DNA of 62,765 bases, the filler included, from Aduncisulcus paluster (lineage: Eukaryota), in assembly GCA_024181965.1 (NCBI GenBank). It is 9 parts of 9 records of this genome, joined end to end, with 100 filler letters (N's around TTAATTAATTAA, not from the genome) between each part and the next. Parts side by side here need not be neighbours in the genome. Positions count along the whole stretch, not along the records: positions 48,240 to 52,550 come from BQXS01011241.1; positions 52,651 to 56,615 come from BQXS01011242.1; positions 56,716 to 62,765 come from BQXS01011243.1; 6 more parts are not named here. One strand, written 5' to 3'. How positions within the stretch are numbered: position 1 is the first letter of the stretch; the number at the start of each line of letters is the position of its first letter. Below the pieces are notes generated by a model that searched no databases, was not told the DNA's origin, and saw only the letters and a list, made by a program, of their open reading frames with translations. Positions 48,140-58,844 of this stretch are shown here, in pieces. Both the position numbers and the translations under genes were made by a program.

Positions 48140-49707
48140 NNNNNNNNNNNNNNNNNNNNNNNNNNNNNNNNNNNNNNNNNNNNTTAATTAATTAANNNNN
48201 NNNNNNNNNNNNNNNNNNNNNNNNNNNNNNNNNNNNNNNCACCGGAAAAAAGAACATCTTGAGCCACGGTCATTCGAGCTGACACGCATTTAAGAGCACG
48301 AGACTTAGCACATACTGAGGATGTAGTCACTGCGCAGTCAAATAGAGGATTCAGCGCTACAGCAACATGGGTTGCAATTGTAGCAGTCGCAGATTGCAAA
48401 ACGCCATCTATTCGTCTTGCAGTGCCTGAATCAAGTGACCAGAACAGGGAATACGAAAGAAATTCGCGAGCAGTCGAAAACTGAGGTGGTTTCAGCGAGT
48501 TCAGATTAGATATGACTTGAGCCACGATCTGAGATGATATATGTTCTCACAACAGCATGCATTGAGTGTCCAGGAAGGTGGGAGGCAAGTTATAGTTCCA
48601 CCGGACAAAACTCATGTAAATGTCGTAAATTAATAATTAGAGGTCCTTTTTGAGCAGAATTAACAAGAAAAAATTAAGGTTTTAGGTGATTCTGTCGAGT
48701 TGGTGGACAAAACTTTGTAATTGTTTGGATGGTCGGGATACGAACAAGAAGTCGAGAAGTTAAGTAATGCGCACATGTGATCACATAATGAGGAAAGATT
48801 GCCAATTGCTATATATATTACACCACGAATTCTCCTAATATCCTGAGAAAATATGTCTTCTTCTTCTCTCTTTTCTTCTTCTCTCTTCATCTTGCGTGTA
48901 TGTTCTCTCGAATCACGAATTATTGAGATACTGTGGTTGATAACTTGGACGTTCGGAATCACAGAAAACTTATCAAATTTCCGTCTTCCAAGATCGAAGG
49001 CTTCAAGTTCACTTCGTTGAATTTGGAGGCAACTATTTGCAGATTTCTCAAATACTTGCCAAATTGGAGTCCTCGAATCCCGGCAACTGTGAACACGTTT
49101 CGACATATGATTTGCCAAATTTATGAATCCATTTTCTGATATTAATCGGATTGATATCAATTATGACAATTTTTTTAGTGGAGTATGGAACTTTTTCAAA
49201 ACCAGAAGTTCGGGAAGAGGGCCAAAACGATCATCCGCCAAATAAAAAATATCATGGATGCATTAATATAGTGTTTCTTTTTAATGTATGTATATTCTTT
49301 CTCGCGGAATGCCTCCGGAATAATCTCAAGGATTTCGTCGTAAACAAGAGCTGGACAGCCAAGAATTTCGAGGGAATCGTCCTTAATTCCAATATAGATA
49401 CTTCCACCTTTGGTATTTAAGAAAGCATTAACAAGATTTTAAAAATAAATAGGAGATTGGTATTTCAATGATATAGCAATCACTGCTACAAGACGGTCTT
49501 GTGTCTTTCGCCATGTCTATCTAATGTTAGCTCTGGCATATTCCGGAAATATCACTATTATTACAAAACAATTAAGACTATTCTAAAAAAAAGTTGAATT
49601 GTTCCCAAAAGAGCCAGAATTAGCGAAACGATTTATGACTCGGATGTTGTGGGAATATTCAAGGCAAATAAAGCGATTTTCAAATAAATTTAATGTTTAT
49701 TTACATA

Positions 49708-50295
49708 TTAATAAAGCTTTAATTTTGTTTTCTCATACAACTGCAGAGTTATGTCGAGTTCGTGGACATAACTCTGCAGTTGTGTCCAATTTTCTGTTAT
49801 AGTTTCAGCAGAAGAAGAAATAATGAAATCTTTTGTTTCAAGCCCTGGCGGGTTTCTAAAACACCCTATGAGTTTTCTCCCATCAGAAGTAGTTTTAGAA
49901 GATGGGGAGAAATAGCATAACATTATTGCGTTCATATTTGCAAGAATAAGGGATTTGAGTGCACCACGTTTTGCCATGGGTTCTCTTTCTCTTCTAATAA
50001 CTTCAAATTTAGCTTGGAGGGAGTCTAATGATTCTGGTGGCAATATTCTATCTGTTGACAATTCTTTTGGAGATCGGATTCTCATTTTATCAAGCAATTC
50101 CTTTTCAATTATTTCCAATTTCGATATCTTCCTTATCAATTCTTTATGACGATGGGTTGAAGTTTCAACAAGTTTTTGCAATTTATCTTGAAGAATTTTG
50201 CGTTCCTTTTTCATTTGAGCAATAATTTCTTTTGTTTGGAGAATTTTAGAAAAAATTTCTTCATCCATTTTCGGTATTTCCAGCAAAAATGCCAT
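49708..50295 (-). CDS. Coiled-coil hypothetical protein
   Basis: 195-aa ORF divergent from the LRR gene across 148 bp. Confidence 0.6.
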   Translation of the reverse strand: MAFLLEIPKMDEEIFSKILQTKEIIAQMKKERKILQDKLQKLVETSTHRHKELIRKISKLEIIEKELLDKMRIRSPKELSTDRILPPESLDSLQAKFEVIRREREPMAKRGALKSLILANMNAIMLCYFSPSSKTTSDGRKLIGCFRNPPGLETKDFIISSSAETITENWTQLQSYVHELDITLQLYEKTKLKLY

Positions 50296-50443
50296 TTTCC
50301 AAATGATATCAATGGTAAATTATGAGATTGACATATAATTTCAAAATTATTAAAAATAAATAAAAATTACCCCCTTTTTCTGTTCTTTTTCTTTCGAAAC
50401 AATACGGAATCAGCCGCTGATTAAAAGCGGCTTTTGGTGTGGA

Positions 50444-51493
50444 ATGGTCCTTCCAGGGAAACAGTTTAGGATTAAAGAACAGTCAGATTTTTCCGAATCT
50501 GACTTGTTAAAACTGTCTTCCCATTCAGAATTGACCCTAATTGATATTTCATCATTGCGAATGTCTGAAGGCAAATTTGGGAAATATTTCCGAGGATTTA
50601 AGAATTTACATTCATTAATTGCTCAAAATTGTCATTTGAGCAGTCTTGATGGCCTTGAAAAATGTACAGCTCTTTCTACTCTCATGCTTCAACATAATGA
50701 ATTAATTTCGGTCTCTTCTGTGACAAGTACACTCCCACACTTACGAAGAGTCTGTTTACAGCATAATTTTATTCCTAGTTTCCCTATATTATCAGCTTCA
50801 AAGGATTCCTTAACTCAGTTACGTCTTCGTGATAATTCTATCTTGAATATTGATGATTCGGCCAGAGAACTTGCCTCTTTCCCGCGATTAAGACATTTAG
50901 ATATCTCCCACAACCCCATTTCGAATCAAAAAGCTTTACTCTCCTGGCTTTCTTCTCTTCGATCTGTTGAGCATATTTCCTTGGCAGGGATTCCTGCCCT
51001 GAATGATGAAGAAGATGAGGAAGAAAAGGAAGAGGTAGCAAAGGAAGAGGAAGGAAGCTCTAAAGTTGATTATAAACGTTATCCTTCCTATTGTTCCTTG
51101 GTGCTCAAGACCATGCCCTGGTTGAAATCCATCGATTCTGTCAGTGTTCATAAATTGAAGGATATTGACCTTGATGGCAGAAAAGAGGAGCGTATTGCAA
51201 AGCAAAAGGCCAAGGAGGAGAAGAATAAGAAAACCAAGGAGGAGAGGGTGGCATACAAGCAGAAAATACAGGGTAGAATTCATCTAAGGAAGGTAGAGCA
51301 GCGCCGTAAGAAGAATCATAGGGAAAAACAAGAGAGAATTGCACAATTGAAGATAGAAAAAGGGTTTTTTAGAAGACCTCCTGAGAAAATGATGAAAGAT
51401 AAGGAAGATGTCGTCAGAAGAATGACAACAAAAAGAGGTCGGCAAAAACTAGCAAAAAAAACCGAAAAGGAAAGGGAAAAGAAACCAAAATAA
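50444..51493 (+). CDS. Leucine-rich repeat protein with basic C-terminal tail
   Basis: LxxLxLxxN repeats (LSTLMLQHNEL, LTQLRLRDNSI, LRHLDISHNPI) and an LRR cap (PWLKSID). Confidence 0.85.
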   Translation: MVLPGKQFRIKEQSDFSESDLLKLSSHSELTLIDISSLRMSEGKFGKYFRGFKNLHSLIAQNCHLSSLDGLEKCTALSTLMLQHNELISVSSVTSTLPHLRRVCLQHNFIPSFPILSASKDSLTQLRLRDNSILNIDDSARELASFPRLRHLDISHNPISNQKALLSWLSSLRSVEHISLAGIPALNDEEDEEEKEEVAKEEEGSSKVDYKRYPSYCSLVLKTMPWLKSIDSVSVHKLKDIDLDGRKEERIAKQKAKEEKNKKTKEERVAYKQKIQGRIHLRKVEQRRKKNHREKQERIAQLKIEKGFFRRPPEKMMKDKEDVVRRMTTKRGRQKLAKKTEKEREKKPK

Positions 51494-51574
51494 ATTATTC
51501 GATACTATTGAATTACTGAAACAGATTTATTAATTAAATCAATTAAATTAATAATTATTGTTAATCGGGTAAGT

Positions 51575-52407
51575 TTATTGAATAAACATTCTTTTAGCTC
51601 TAATACCAAACAACATTAACAGAGCAGGATGGTTAGGTTTCAATCCAATGGCAGCACTTAACTGCCAGAAAGCATCGACATCACGCTCACAGAACAAGCA
51701 TACGAGACCTAGGTTATATCTAATCCGCCAATTCAAGGGCGCCACGGTTGAAGCCTTGAACAAACATCATTTCCAATAAATTGAAAGGCTTCAGAACTCA
51801 ACCCCATTTGGAGGCAACGCTTTGCAGCTTCTCGCAATGGAGCTATGCTATGCGGTTCAGACGCAGCAGCTTCTTTAAATTGGGCAAGACAATTCTGGAA
51901 GTGTAAATAATATTGCTCTGTATCTCCTTTTCTATTCGCTGCATCGGCCATAATAAAATAAAGATGGCCAAATTCTATATATATTTGAAGTTTTCGACCC
52001 AAAGACAATGCTTTGGACAAGAAATAAGATGCTTTGGGATAATCCTTCAGAGCAACCCATGAAATTCCAATAAGATGATGAATATGCCAATTAGAAACGG
52101 TTTCTAACTCAGGTAATGTGTCAATGGCACGTGAATAAGATCCATTGAGGTAAAAACACCGGGCAAGAGATATTTTATAAAATATAGATGTAGGGTTAAG
52201 TTTTAAAGCGGCTACTAATAAAGAAATTGCATTATCCAATTCTCCGCATTCTTTTTTAATCATAGTTGCAAGGTGCAAAGCGTAGGCAGATACTTTACCT
52301 TCACTTCAAATTATTTTCAGGATAACATGTGATGCTTGAAGATAAAGGTGATGTATTTACCAATTCCTATTTTCGTGGGATGGCCTATCAAAGGATCTCT
52401 TCGCCAT
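51575..52407 (-). pseudogene. BBS4: BBSome subunit BBS4 (TPR) pseudogene or damaged copy
   Basis: RNW*IHHLY, YALHLATMIKKECG, LARCFYLNG, EAFQFIGN and then CLFKASTVAPLNWRIRYNLGLV...AFWQLSAAI. In-frame TAA (52357) and TGA (52306), a frameshifting deletion near 51768 and an early end. Confidence 0.75.
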
Positions 52408-53013
52408 GTTGTCAAAAACGAGAGGCTCACCATACAGATTTGGAGTTTCATTTAATTGAGCATTTATTTGTTTAAATGGCTTAAGACTCTTCTTTCAACA
52501 AGGATTTTTATTATTTTTTTGTCAGATAATGAGTCCTGCAGGAGCAGAAANNNNNNNNNNNNNNNNNNNNNNNNNNNNNNNNNNNNNNNNNNNNTTAATT
52601 AATTAANNNNNNNNNNNNNNNNNNNNNNNNNNNNNNNNNNNNNNNNNNNNAAAACCCAAAAGAAAACAAACACCTTCCTACGATGATAGTGATAGCGATG
52701 AAACCTACCAACCCCCTGCCTCACTCAGGAGAAACACTCGCAAAACCCGAAAAGAATCACGGTAAACCAGTCTTCATACACCTACACCTGATAGATGCCC
52801 AGGAGGAAGACGATGCCACAGAGGAGTCATGACCTTTGAAGATTCAGAACACCTTACACCCTATAAAGCTCTATACCTGGAGAAGAATGTGTAACGGTAC
52901 GGGCAAGTCACTGCATATGGTTCAAACCTTAAGGGAACAAACCCAGACCTTGATTGAGATGATACATACCTTACGGTATACCAGAAGAAGGAGAACAGTT
53001 GAGACCATCGACG

Positions 53014-53222
53014 AAACCTTCCTGCATGTAACCGTGGAAGTCGGAACGTGAGGTTCGAGGAGCAAACCCTGCGGAATTGAGGGATGAACACCTTTCCTGC
53101 ATGTAACCGTTGAAGCCGGATCATGAGGTTCAGACACAAACCTTCTGCATGTAGCCGTAGAAGTCGGGTCATGAGACAACCGGTTAAACCGTAGCACGAA
53201 ACCGTCGGAGTCGGATCGTGAG
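53014..53222 (+). repeat. Four degenerate direct repeats (CCTGCATGTAACCGTNGAAGYCGGATCRTGAGG) in a retroelement 3' region
   Basis: Copies start near 53014, 53088, 53139 and 53200. Confidence 0.75.
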
Positions 53223-53356
53223 GAGAAGAGTGACCTATAAATAGATTACACCTGGCGATAATGAGAAACCTTCCCGTGAACCATAGATTGATCATCTATT
53301 TCATACGTGTCCCGATGATACCTACAGGCTGCGATCATAAATGATCTGGGAAAGTG

Positions 53357-53463
53357 AGAGGAGGATGTGGTATCCCGGCATTTTCTCATAGTCTAAATAT
53401 AGATTCGTTTGGACCGTTCGTTTATTAATAAATTGTAAGTAAGCTTAATAGCCAATTACCATA
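53357..53463 (+). mobile_element. Polypurine tract plus ~98-bp LTR-like unit
   Basis: AGAGGAGGA|TGTGGTA...TACCATA. The same PPT/LTR junction occurs on the minus strand at 56144-56153. Confidence 0.55.
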
Positions 53464-53802
53464 CTGGGGTTCCTGCATTCGCCGTCATGCTCGAGATTCC
53501 TGAAGATTTCTCGCGAAGCTTCTTTTCGGCTTCACTCTTCGCCTTACGTTTCTTTGCCATGGTCTAGTTCAATAAATTATTTATAGAAAAAAAATTCGAT
53601 AAAATAATATTATTTTAATACTTTCACTTCTGAAAGGGACCAAATTTACTATTTCAAATAAAATCAAAATGATTACACCTGTGTGTTGACTTGTCGCCAA
53701 ACCTAAACAATAATTTTGGTCCGATTATAAATTCTTGTTATTTTTAGACCCCCTCTAGAGTCCTTCAGATAAATTTATCTGCTTATTAGTACTAAACAGG
53801 CA

Positions 53803-54338
53803 TTAGATGCTATTTTGACAAATGTAAGGAACTATTTCTACTCCCAAAAGGAGGGTAAGGCCATTTCGAAAAAATGTCGGGATATAATTAACGAAATTTC
53901 AAAACAAATTACAAAATATGCTCCAGTAGTAGAATTAGAAGATTCTACAAGACTGAAAGACATAATTCTAACCCCTACCACGGAAGGATAGAGATGGAGG
54001 CAGAGACAATAAGACCTCATTTCCTAGCTACAACGGAGGTTTCAGAGATAAGCCGTAAGAATTCTCCCATCGAAAAGTCAAAGGATATGGAACCTGTTAC
54101 GAAAAAAGAGAGACGCAGATCCAAACCTCTGACAGAGTCTGAACTGATCAGCAGCCAGGCAATATTAACGATAGAGGCGAAATTGAAACAACCTTTGCTT
54201 TCTACTTTTACGAGGAAGTCGTGTACCACCTTATTTGATGAGAATAGGAAAATGATACCTTTGCACAAGATGTAGGAAGACATAGAAGATGTGGGAAAAC
54301 ATATATTAACCTTAAAAGAGTTATCTTCGATGGAAAAG
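53803..54338 (+). pseudogene. Degenerate paralogue of the ORF at 56840-57137
   Basis: LDAILTNVRNYFYSQKEGKAISKKCRDIINEISKQ aligns with LDDILANVKRFAFSKKEGKQVHSICRQIANELNKQ. Confidence 0.65.
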
Positions 54339-54553
54339 TGTGGTGACCCCACCTGAAACTTTTATCGCATATATATTTCTATAACAATAATTCTTTCTAT
54401 TATTATTTATTTGGATTATGTTTATTTATTATATTTATTTTATATTTTATTTGACATGATTCGACAATCTGATCTTATTCAAACTAAGTAAACTTGCTTC
54501 CTTCTATAGTTGGTTTCCGGTGTTTCTTGCTTTTATTAGTAACTAACACCACA
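54339..54553 (+). mobile_element. Solo LTR (215 bp) with 4-bp target-site duplication
   Basis: AAAG|TGTGGTG...CACCACA|AAAG. A near-identical inverted partial copy lies at 56716-56839. Confidence 0.8.
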
Positions 54554-55037
54554 AAAGACTATAAAACCAAAAGGTGATGTGGCGAAACCAAAACTTGATT
54601 CCGAGATTGATTTATTTTAACAAGTAAATTTGGCAACGTTTTCAATTGAGAAACTTACAGAAAATATTTTCTGCAGTTAATTATTACTTTTTTTATATTA
54701 ATTGCCCAAATTTTTTTTTTGATACTAATGGATATCGGTGGACATTTATTGCGGCCTATTACACAAAGAGTGGAAGATATCATGCCGAAATTTCTAGCTT
54801 CGTACACACCCACGATGGATAAAAGTGGAAATGGTGATGAAAAGGGAAAAGAGCAAGAAGGTAAACTTCACACATCTGAGAAGGCTGAAGAAGAAGAGGA
54901 AATAAGGAAAATGGCGGAAGTAATCGGTATGTTAAACCCGAATTGCCAGAAAAGACCTCCTCTCCTTAAAGAATTCAGAAGAATCATACAAAAAATTCAA
55001 GAAGTCCTATCACATCTATCTAACTGAAGGAGGTACC

Positions 55038-55712
55038 ATGGACCCGAAATTAAGAGTTACCCCGGAAGTAGCAATGATGATTGATACAGAAGTCGACGAA
55101 GGAGAGGCCGGTGAGAGTTTATTTGTCAAGTTGGATAGACACTTCGGCAGTTCATCGCCTTCAGAGCTATACCGTACATTACGAACATTGGCCATGGAGA
55201 ACGGGTACAATGACACACAGAAACTAAGTGAGTACATTGCCAGATTCAGAATAACCCTATCAGGGAATGAATCGACAGCCGAAGCCCACCACAACAACAT
55301 TGCCGGTATCAAAATTCCGGCAGTAAGACTTGCTATTGAAGAAGAGATCCGCGACGAAACTACGGATATTAAAGTACTCGGCAGGAGAGCAATTGAAGTC
55401 AGCAAATCCTTATCGAGGGCAGCTGCACTCCTAAAAACGAACAAACAGGCGAGGCCGAAGGGTCAGAATCGTAAAGATGAAGACAGAGCCCAACCAAAGA
55501 AAGGACCTCTCAAAAGCGAAACACTCGATTGTATTCATTGCGGTGGTAAAACTCACAAGTCGGAGAAGTGTTGGATTAAATTCCCTCACCTGAGACCCAA
55601 GAGAGACAACAAAGTAGTGAGGAGAGTCGAGGAGAAACTTACAGTGAAAAACCCACAGAACCAACAGGCTTTGAAGAAGGAGACATTGTTCTTGTTAAAG
55701 AAGAAAAACTAG
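55038..55712 (+). mobile_element. Retrotransposon gag-like protein with CCHC zinc knuckle
   Basis: CIHCGGKTHKSEKC (CX2CX4HX4C); LSEYIARFR is a gag-like helix. Confidence 0.7.
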
Positions 55713-56083
55713 AATCAAAACAAAAACGTCTATATGGAAGAGAGTCCATATATGGTTAAAGAAAGAGTTTCTGGTTTCAGATACTTATTATCCTGTGGCG
55801 TATTAGAGCAATGCACAGACAAATTTACTTAATAATAAATATACGAATAGTAAATTTTGGCGTAGTATAACAGAAATATTTTTTCCGTTACGGTAGATTC
55901 CGTTCATTACAACCTGATTAGAGATATTATTAACTGATTTAATAACTAGGTGCGTTACGCAACTACAAAGTAAATTCGAAACAACCTTGTTGTTCCAATA
56001 AAACCGCGGTTGTTCCAGAACTTCCCAGTGGTTTCGAAACCACCGGGTAGTTTCGAAACAGGTCTGTTTTATTCGAAACAGGT

Positions 56084-56153
56084 TGTGGCGATCTCTATGG
56101 AGAAGATGCAGACAAATTTACTCAATAAAATCTAGGCTACCACATCCTCCTCT
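56084..56153 (-). mobile_element. 61-bp LTR-like unit preceded by a polypurine tract
   Basis: Minus strand reads AGAGGAGGA|TGTGGTAG...CGCCACA. Shares CAGACAAATTTACT with a unit starting TGTGGCG at 55794. Confidence 0.5.
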
Positions 56154-56715
56154 TTCTGAAGGCGATGGGCAGAGACTTTTTCAAGCGTGAAAAATAATTA
56201 CTTGTGGGATCTGGTTAGCGCAATAAGATGGCTCTAGTGGAAAACCCATAGGAAAGAATAGAATAAGAAAACCTACAAACCACTAGTGCACTGGCTCAAT
56301 GATATGTATAAAATAACTGTATAGTTAGCTCACCGCCAGGATAACCTGGTGCTTGGTCGAGATTCCGTAGCTTGGGTCGATGCTGGCTCAGAGTGATTGT
56401 GATTGGCTTGATTAGCACTCACTCTAGAAGCTGTAGAGCGTACCGGTATAATTGGTTCATCTGTTAGAGCCAATGTGGAGCTGGCAGAGGTTAGCTGACT
56501 GCCGGTTTGGCCGGACAGACGGCTGGAGCTTTGACTGGTTCGAGCTGGGATTGGCACTGATTGTAAAGATGGCACTGATTGTGAGGATTGGTCCTGAGCT
56601 CGAAGTCGTTGGCTTNNNNNNNNNNNNNNNNNNNNNNNNNNNNNNNNNNNNNNNNNNNNTTAATTAATTAANNNNNNNNNNNNNNNNNNNNNNNNNNNNN
56701 NNNNNNNNNNNNNNN

Positions 56716-56839
56716 GAATCATGTCAAATAAAATATAAAATAAATATCATAAATAAACATAATCCAAATAAATAATAACAGAAAGAATTATTGTTATAGA
56801 AATATATATGCGATAAAAGTTTCAGGTGGGGTCACCACA
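56716..56839 (-). mobile_element. Partial copy of the 54339 LTR, cut by the contig edge
   Basis: The reverse complement matches the first ~124 bp of the 54339 LTR almost exactly. Confidence 0.85.
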
Positions 56840-57137
56840 ATTTGACCGATGTAAATGATGTAAAATCACTTCTTCCCATTGCTGGGGTACTCGTATAGTC
56901 CTTTATGGACTCTTCTTTTCCTTCCTCGCTTGTTGGAAAAGGCTTCAGACAAAGGTCGTCAGAAGTGACCTCCGTATGGGTTGTTACCAACTCATATTGG
57001 TATTGTTTGTTTAATTCATTTGCGATCTGCCGACAAATCGAATGAACTTGTTTCCCTTCTTTTTTGGAAAAAGCAAACCGCTTAACATTGGCTAAAATGT
57101 CGTCCAATGATCGTAATGTTCCATAAAATGAGCTCAT
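56840..57137 (-). CDS. Hypothetical multi-copy protein interrupted by an LTR
   Basis: MSSFYGTLRSLDDILANVKRF...; the ORF runs into the LTR at 56839. Confidence 0.5.
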
Positions 57138-57863
57138 CTTGTTAACTTAAGTTGTGGTAATTAGTTTATATATAAAAACAATTTATCGTAAAATCCTAGT
57201 GTTTAAAAATTTAGCGAGAACCTGTTACGTCCTATAAAAAGCAGATAAATTTATCTGAAATAGCTGCAGGACCTCGAAATGAAATAAAATATTTTAAAGC
57301 GAAGCAAAATTTACTATAAGGATTATTCGGAGGATCGTTTACCTGCGTAAACGTCCCTGCAGGTGATCAGGTGCCTGACCGGCCCTTTTCCCTGCAATAT
57401 GGACCTGTGTCCGTTACAAAGCCTTCCGGCGCTACTGTTTTATAACTTCCTTTGTTGGGCCTGGAGATGTGATTTGATAGCGCTTGTAGTTTAATGATAT
57501 GTATATAGGAGCACAAATTTATTGATTTATATATCATCATTCTAGTTCCGGCACACTTCTATATCCCACAGCGCTGACACTAACACCACACTACAATCGC
57601 ACTGAGCACAATTTTTAATTATATATCTGATAAAGCGTAGACATCAGACCGAACACCATATGTCAACATCATCATGACGATGATGATCATGTGGATCTTG
57701 CCACAATGATGACATATTTAATCAAAATTAAAATGGTGATTGTAATTTATGCAAGTTCATCATGATATTTCATGGAGTGATAATGTCACTTACGTGATTT
57801 GGCAAGATCAATGTTCGTTTTCCATTTTTTCCCTCTTTGATCAATATTTTTGCCAATATTGAT

Positions 57864-58478
57864 ATGACTATTACTTTACCAACAAAAGAATATGAAGGAT
57901 ATATCTTCGATTGTGATGGTACGCTTGCTCATTCGATGCCAGCTCACTATGAAGCATTTAAGGTTGCTCTGAGGCGTTGTGGAGCATCATTTGATTTTTC
58001 CCCTGAAGTATTTCAGAGTGTTGCCGGTATGGGCCATGAAGCAGCTGTAAAGATATTCAATGAAAGATTTGGAGTGGAATTGGAAGTAGAGCCTTTTCTG
58101 AAGCATAAACACGAAGCGTATGAACAATTTGTGGACACAGTTGAACCTATTAAACCAGTTGTTGAGTTTGCCAAGAAAATGCTCAGTGAGGGAAAAGCGG
58201 TGGCTGTTGCAAGTGGAGGCGAAAGAAGTGCTGTTCTAAGAACCCTTGATTCTATCGGTCTCGGTGGGAAAATTAAGGTTATTGTTACCCAAAGTGATGT
58301 ATCAAAGGGTAAACCTGACCCAGAAATGTTCTTTTTAGCTGCTAAATTATTAGGAATCAATCCCAAGAAATGTGTTGTGTTCGAAGACAGTGCTCTCGGA
58401 CGTCAGGGAGCTCATGATGCTGGTATGGATAGCATTGCAATTCCTGTTAGCGTTGTGAAGAATCCTGGGGATGAATAG
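57864..58478 (+). CDS. HAD-superfamily IA phosphatase (beta-phosphoglucomutase/YqaB-like), bacterial type
   Basis: YIFDCDGTL (DxD), VASG, KGKPDPEMF and VFEDS motifs I-IV. Confidence 0.93.
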   Translation: MTITLPTKEYEGYIFDCDGTLAHSMPAHYEAFKVALRRCGASFDFSPEVFQSVAGMGHEAAVKIFNERFGVELEVEPFLKHKHEAYEQFVDTVEPIKPVVEFAKKMLSEGKAVAVASGGERSAVLRTLDSIGLGGKIKVIVTQSDVSKGKPDPEMFFLAAKLLGINPKKCVVFEDSALGRQGAHDAGMDSIAIPVSVVKNPGDE

Positions 58479-58844
58479 ATCCCTGTTTGTTAATCCCAAC
58501 TTGGCAACTTTTTTTCTCTTAATTTCAGTGTTTTTCGAAAAATTCGTATTGTTTTAGACGTTTTCAATACTCCACGTTTCCTTTTGCGATTTTAATTCCC
58601 TTATAGTAAACTTCTATACCCTTTGTGATCCGATCATACCGCCGACACGGTGTGTGACTCGTCACACCTTTTTCTCTTTATCTTTTTCGAATATTTTATC
58701 TACTTTTTATTTATTATTTGTTGGTTTAAAATAAAATATTATGAAATGTATTGGAAAACAGTAATATCGAGTTGATCTCAGTGAAAAAGGTTTTTTGCTC
58801 GAAATTGAAATATTATCCAAAGTATTTATTAAAATATTTTAGTT

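Noticed and set aside
52306..52359. Stop-codon reassignment (TAA/TAG as Gln, as in hexamitid diplomonads) suggested by in-frame stops in BBS4
   Set aside because: RPS20 and CFAP91 end normally at TAA, HAD at TAG and p24 at TGA. The stops co-occur with deletions and frameshifts, so decay is the simpler explanation.
53014..53222. CRISPR array
   Set aside because: The repeats are degenerate and unevenly spaced, the context is a eukaryotic retroelement and there are no cas genes.
57660..57795. Several short palindromes upstream of the HAD gene (CATCATCATGACGATGATG, TGTGG-ATCTTG-CCACA)
   Set aside because: Low-complexity ATG/CAT-rich sequence yields such pairings by chance.
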